Positions 60,087 to 64,000 of a DNA stretch of 64,000 nt are shown piece by piece. A program made the translations under genes and the position numbers. Under the pieces are notes generated by a model. That model saw only the letters and a list, made by a program, of their open reading frames with translations, was not told the DNA's origin and made no database searches. Origin of the DNA: Treponema sp. Its GTDB lineage: Bacteria; Spirochaetota; Spirochaetia; Treponematales; Treponemataceae. The stretch is from the NCBI GenBank assembly GCA_016294035.1, contig JAEDCT010000004.1:66192-130191 (forward strand), written 5' to 3'. The stretch's first letter is position 1; every line of letters begins with the position of its first letter.

Positions 60087-60944
60087 CTACATCATAATTT
60101 TCTGGCAAAGAACTGAAATGTCTTTTCTTGAAAAATCATTCTTTTTTACCAGATCAGCAATTTCCTGGTGAGTCATGGTTTCAGGATACAGGACAACAAC
60201 TGAATGGTCGCCGTTCTTCAAAAAGTTAGTTTCACCGAATTGTGTGTATCTTGTTGCGCCCACACTTATCATGATTTTTTCTGGAAGTGAACTCATGGAA
60301 TTCAGGTATGATAAAATATTTTCCTGAGGTCCCGTGTCATTTTGTGTATTGATTTTTTCAATGCACCAGTCTATGAGCTTTCTGTAGAAGTAGCTGTAGC
60401 CCTTTATCTGCGAATCTTCCCCGTAATCAAATACATTTGAATCTCTCACAAGAAAACTTGCAATTCTGTAGGAATCGAGAATTCCTTTTTCCTTAAATGA
60501 ATTGATTGCAATGAGATTTGATGAAAGTCCTTTTGTTGATTTTCCCCAGTTTTTCTTAAGGCTGATTTTGATGATTTTTCCTTCGGCAATTTTTGGATTT
60601 CTTATCGAACAATCATTGGAAGCACCAAAGAGTTCAGGTACCAAATCAACTAGTTTTCCATTGTTCCATGATGCACTGCAAATAAGGGCACATTCTGGTT
60701 CAATCTGCAGTTTCTCTTCATCCTTCGGAAAAAGAATTTTCTTGTCATCAAATGGATATACGGTAAGAAATTCTGGAGTTGGATCTTTTCCACCGGGAAT
60801 GTAGGTTGGAAACATTGCTTTTGGGGCATTGGCTTCTTTTGTTTCAATCTTTGAAAAGTCGCTTGCTTCTCCTGCCTGTTCCAGATGCCCGGTGAAATTT
60901 CCTGCAACTCCGAAACATGGAATTTTTTCAAGTTCTATGTTCAT
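60087..60944 (-). CDS. DUF5718-like protein, probable fumarylacetoacetate-hydrolase-like fold
   Basis: FGVAGNFTGHLEQAGEA N-terminus; QIEPE, NDCSIR and KKNWG motifs. Confidence 0.65.
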   Translation of the reverse strand: MNIELEKIPCFGVAGNFTGHLEQAGEASDFSKIETKEANAPKAMFPTYIPGGKDPTPEFLTVYPFDDKKILFPKDEEKLQIEPECALICSASWNNGKLVDLVPELFGASNDCSIRNPKIAEGKIIKISLKKNWGKSTKGLSSNLIAINSFKEKGILDSYRIASFLVRDSNVFDYGEDSQIKGYSYFYRKLIDWCIEKINTQNDTGPQENILSYLNSMSSLPEKIMISVGATRYTQFGETNFLKNGDHSVVVLYPETMTHQEIADLVKKNDFSRKDISVLCQKIMM

Positions 60945-60953
60945 TTCTTTGTC

Positions 60954-62750
60954 CTATAAAAGTTTTTCAAGCTGATCAACAAGATCTCTGAATGTATCAA
61001 GTGCTGCTTGAACTGGTTCTGTGCTTTCCATGTCTACACCTGCTATCTTGAGGCTTTCAATTGGATATCGGCTTCCTCCGCTCTTGAGGAATTTGAAGTA
61101 GTCTTCGCGTTCCCTGTCTCCACCTTCTGTAACACGCTTTGCAAGTGCAAGTGAAGCTGAGATTCCTGTTGCGTATTTGTACACATAGAATGCATTGTAG
61201 AAGTGAGGAATTCTAAGTCCTTCCATGTCGCTTTCTTTTTCAAAGTGCATTTCAGGTCCAAAGTACTGCTCGAGAAGTTCCCTGTAGATTTTTCTGATGC
61301 TTTCTGTGCTTAATGGTGTTCCGTTTTCTACTGATTCATGACATTTAAGTTCAAATTCTGCAAACATTGTCTGGCGATGTAGTGTGGCAAGAATATCATT
61401 TGCTCTCATTGCAAGAAGATATTTCTTCATTTCGTCATCCTTTGCGTTTTTGAGAAGATACTGGAATACAAGCTCCTCGTTGAATGTGGATGCAACTTCT
61501 GCCTCAAAAATTGTGTAGTCATAGCAGCTGAAAGGATTGTTGTGAACACTGTACCATGAATGCATGCTGTGTCCGACTTCGTGTGCCATTGTGTAAACAT
61601 CACGCAATGTGTCTTCGTCGTAGTTCAGGAGAATGTATGGATATCCTTCGTAGCAGCCGCTTGAGAATGCTCCTGAGTGCTTTCCCTTGTTTTCAAATCT
61701 GTCGCACCATCCGCCCAAAAGTCCGCCGCAAAGAGTATCTGTGTATTCTTTTCCAAGTACAGCCATTGCTTTTCGGCATATTTCAACTGATTCCTCGTAA
61801 GTCACATGGGATTTTACTGATTTAACAAGTGGAACATAAACATCGTAGTGTCGAAGCTCATCAACTCCAAGAACCTTTTTTCTGAGTTTGTAGTAGCGAT
61901 GCAGGTCTGGGAGATTTTTGTGAACTGTTTCAATGAGATTTCTGTAAACGGACTCTGGAACTTTGTCCCCATAAAGAGCTGCGTCCAAAGATGAATTGTA
62001 ACCTCTTGCACGTGCAATGAAAATATCATTGTTTACGCTTCCGGCATAGAGGGAAGCCAGTGTGTTTGCATGGCTGTCGAAAACCTTGTAGAACTTTGTG
62101 TATGCATCCTTTCGTACTTCGCGGTCCTGGTTTTCCTCAAAGTTGCTCCATGTGCTGTGTGTGAGGGGCTTTTCCTGTCCGTCAACTGTGACTGTTCCAA
62201 AGTTCATGTCAACATCATTGAGAAGACTGAAAACATTTGAGGCAGTTTGTCCGGATTCACTTTGAAGTGCCATGAGACGTTCTTCCTTTTCTGAAAGAAT
62301 GTGAGGCTTTGCATGGAGTGCTTTTTTTATGCTGATTTTGTAATCGGCAAATTCCGGAAGTTCACACCAGGCATTGATTTTTTTATCGTCAATTGCAAGA
62401 AGTTCTGGAGTAAAGAAACTGCACTGTGAACTCATCTGTGTGTATGCCATCATGACCTTGTTGTATCTTTCCTGGTTTTCGCTTTCACTCTGGTCAGCTT
62501 CATTCATGAGACTTGCATAGTGATATACTTTTTCTACAAGAAGACTGAGTTCGTCGTCGGCTTTGAGTGCCTTAAGAAGGGTGTCGCTGGATTCAGAAAG
62601 CCTGCCCTTGAATTCAACGAACTTTTTTGTGAATTCTGGAATTTTGCTGAGGTCTTTTTCCCAGTCAGATTCTGTTTTGTAAAGTTTTGTCAGGTCCCAC
62701 TTGAATTCCTGTGGAACGTCTTTTCTCAATGGAATTTTTTCGTTACTCAT
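60954..62750 (-). CDS. pepF: Oligoendopeptidase F (M3B)
   Basis: WDLTKLY, GKHSGAFSSG, AHEVGHSMH (HExxH), AEVASTFNE and RIPHFY..FYVYKYA. Confidence 0.95.
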   Translation of the reverse strand: MSNEKIPLRKDVPQEFKWDLTKLYKTESDWEKDLSKIPEFTKKFVEFKGRLSESSDTLLKALKADDELSLLVEKVYHYASLMNEADQSESENQERYNKVMMAYTQMSSQCSFFTPELLAIDDKKINAWCELPEFADYKISIKKALHAKPHILSEKEERLMALQSESGQTASNVFSLLNDVDMNFGTVTVDGQEKPLTHSTWSNFEENQDREVRKDAYTKFYKVFDSHANTLASLYAGSVNNDIFIARARGYNSSLDAALYGDKVPESVYRNLIETVHKNLPDLHRYYKLRKKVLGVDELRHYDVYVPLVKSVKSHVTYEESVEICRKAMAVLGKEYTDTLCGGLLGGWCDRFENKGKHSGAFSSGCYEGYPYILLNYDEDTLRDVYTMAHEVGHSMHSWYSVHNNPFSCYDYTIFEAEVASTFNEELVFQYLLKNAKDDEMKKYLLAMRANDILATLHRQTMFAEFELKCHESVENGTPLSTESIRKIYRELLEQYFGPEMHFEKESDMEGLRIPHFYNAFYVYKYATGISASLALAKRVTEGGDREREDYFKFLKSGGSRYPIESLKIAGVDMESTEPVQAALDTFRDLVDQLEKLL

Positions 62751-62845
62751 AGTCCAATCATATCATAATTGATTCAAAAATTCATCAGAAATGGAAAAGA
62801 GCTTGTCATTGTAATTTCATATTTTTTTAGGTAAAATTACATATT

Positions 62846-64000
62846 ATGAAGAAAAGATTATTCATGGCACTTTTTGCCTGCTTGTTTAGTGTTGTTCTCT
62901 CGTCATGTTCTCGCGTAATTGGTTACAGCGTTCTATTGTGGAATATTCCTGAGGTTGAACTTAAAGATGGTACTGTTGTTCCAGTTTACCTCAAATCAAA
63001 TATTTCTGGTGTTTATGTTATAGGGATTCCTGATTCCAAAGAAAAAATTGAAGTTCCACAGTGGAAACTTTCCAAGCCGGAGTCAAAGTCAAAGGCAAGA
63101 AAACTTGCTGAAATGTATGAGGCATATAATGGAAAATATGCCGCATGTACACTTGACGGACTTCCAATTCGTGCTGAATCAGTCAACACGTCAAAACAGG
63201 TTTACAGACTTAGAAAAAGTGAAATCGTGAAGACTCTTTATGAAGGTTCTGGTGAAGCTCCCACAAATGGAGTTGAGACTCTTAAAGGTAAATGGATCAA
63301 GGTGCTTACTTCAAAGGGAACTCAGGGCTGGTGCTTTTCTGCAAACCTCAATGTGTTTGAAATGAATCCTGATGGAACATATACTCTTGAGGATGTTGGC
63401 GGCGATGAGATGGTTCGCGATGACAAGATTGACGATATTCTCAAGGCTGAATGGTGGCCAGAATATTATATTGATATGATTTCCAAGAAACAGATTGATC
63501 TTGATAATTTTGGAAAGGCATTCAGGTTTGATTCTGGTATTGAAAGCGGAAAAATTCTTATCAGCCTTCCAAATTTCAACGTGTCTGCAAAATATTCCGG
63601 TACGACAAAAATTTCTGAGCGTGAATATAATTTTGACAATACAAAGATTGAGCTTACAATTCGCAATCCTAAGGCAATTGTAGTTAAGTACACGGGAAAG
63701 AATGGACGTCCTAGAAGCTTTAACTTTGTGACTCTTGAAAAGGACCAGAATGTTGATGATCTTGTTAAGAATGAAAAGGAAAGAAGAGGAAAGCTTTTTA
63801 GAAGCATTGCATCTCTTGGTCCAGATTTCAGAAGCGGTAACTACGGTAACCTTACATTCTCAGAAAATTCAAAATTCAGCTGGACGAATTATTCAAGGCT
63901 TGTTCCTGAAGTTATTCCTTCAAATGTTGCTGAAAACGGAACTGTTTCCATGAAGTATTTCCTTCCAAAGAATCTTGAAAAGTCATGGGATGGTATTGCC
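62846..64000 (+). CDS. SH3b-domain lipoprotein, 3'-truncated by window edge (absent from ORF track)
   Basis: Manual translation MKKRLFMALFACLFSVVLSSC (lipobox), later DGLPIRAES...QVYRLRK...GKWIKVLTSKGTQGWCFS (SH3b-like). The frame appears open to the window end. Confidence 0.8.
   Translation, partial: MKKRLFMALFACLFSVVLSSCSRVIGYSVLLWNIPEVELKDGTVVPVYLKSNISGVYVIGIPDSKEKIEVPQWKLSKPESKSKARKLAEMYEAYNGKYAACTLDGLPIRAESVNTSKQVYRLRKSEIVKTLYEGSGEAPTNGVETLKGKWIKVLTSKGTQGWCFSANLNVFEMNPDGTYTLEDVGGDEMVRDDKIDDILKAEWWPEYYIDMISKKQIDLDNFGKAFRFDSGIESGKILISLPNFNVSAKYSGTTKISEREYNFDNTKIELTIRNPKAIVVKYTGKNGRPRSFNFVTLEKDQNVDDLVKNEKERRGKLFRSIASLGPDFRSGNYGNLTFSENSKFSWTNYSRLVPEVIPSNVAENGTVSMKYFLPKNLEKSWDGIA

Noticed and set aside
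1..64000. Short overlapping or antisense ORFs in the six-frame track (e.g. 12475-13014, 30546-31046, 43069-43635)
   Set aside because: They are shadows of well-supported genes, with no motifs or RBS.
1..64000. CRISPR arrays, IS elements, rRNA/tRNA genes and defence systems
   Set aside because: Intergenic gaps are short (about 320 bp at most), and I saw no repeat-spacer pattern, transposase, integrase or cloverleaf.

Overview
Core-genome window of a spirochete, almost certainly a Treponema. This rests on the cheA-cheW(CheR-like fusion)-cheX-cheY operon, a V/A-type ATPase operon, an HTH-PTS IIA fusion and spirochete-type lipoproteins. About 55 genes are present: V-ATPase C-I-K-F-E-A-B-D plus usp, dapL, chemotaxis genes, a TIGR03546/TIGR03545-like pair, yebC-ruvC, tyrS, grpE-dnaK-dnaJ, a two-phosphatase/STAS/VanY cluster, leuB, a TPP-riboswitch thiamine operon, a hybrid histidine kinase, a queuosine-precursor transporter, an RpoS-like sigma factor, yajC-secD-secF, ispH, a beta-barrel plus Ig-repeat/OmpA pair, pepF and a truncated SH3 lipoprotein. 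I saw no mobile elements, CRISPR arrays, rRNA or tRNA. The most interesting observations are: (1) a barrel whose C-terminal tail looks like the missing first strand of the neighbouring 8xIg-OmpA protein, a possible two-part OM-peptidoglycan tether; (2) a sigma54 promoter with two phased TGT-N12-ACA enhancer-like palindromes in front of the RpoS-like gene; (3) an active plus pseudo PP2C phosphatase pair with STAS and a D,D-carboxypeptidase; (4) a preQ1-like variant leader RNA; (5) repeated apparently leaderless genes, including cheA. All family calls come from motif recognition by eye, not from database searches.
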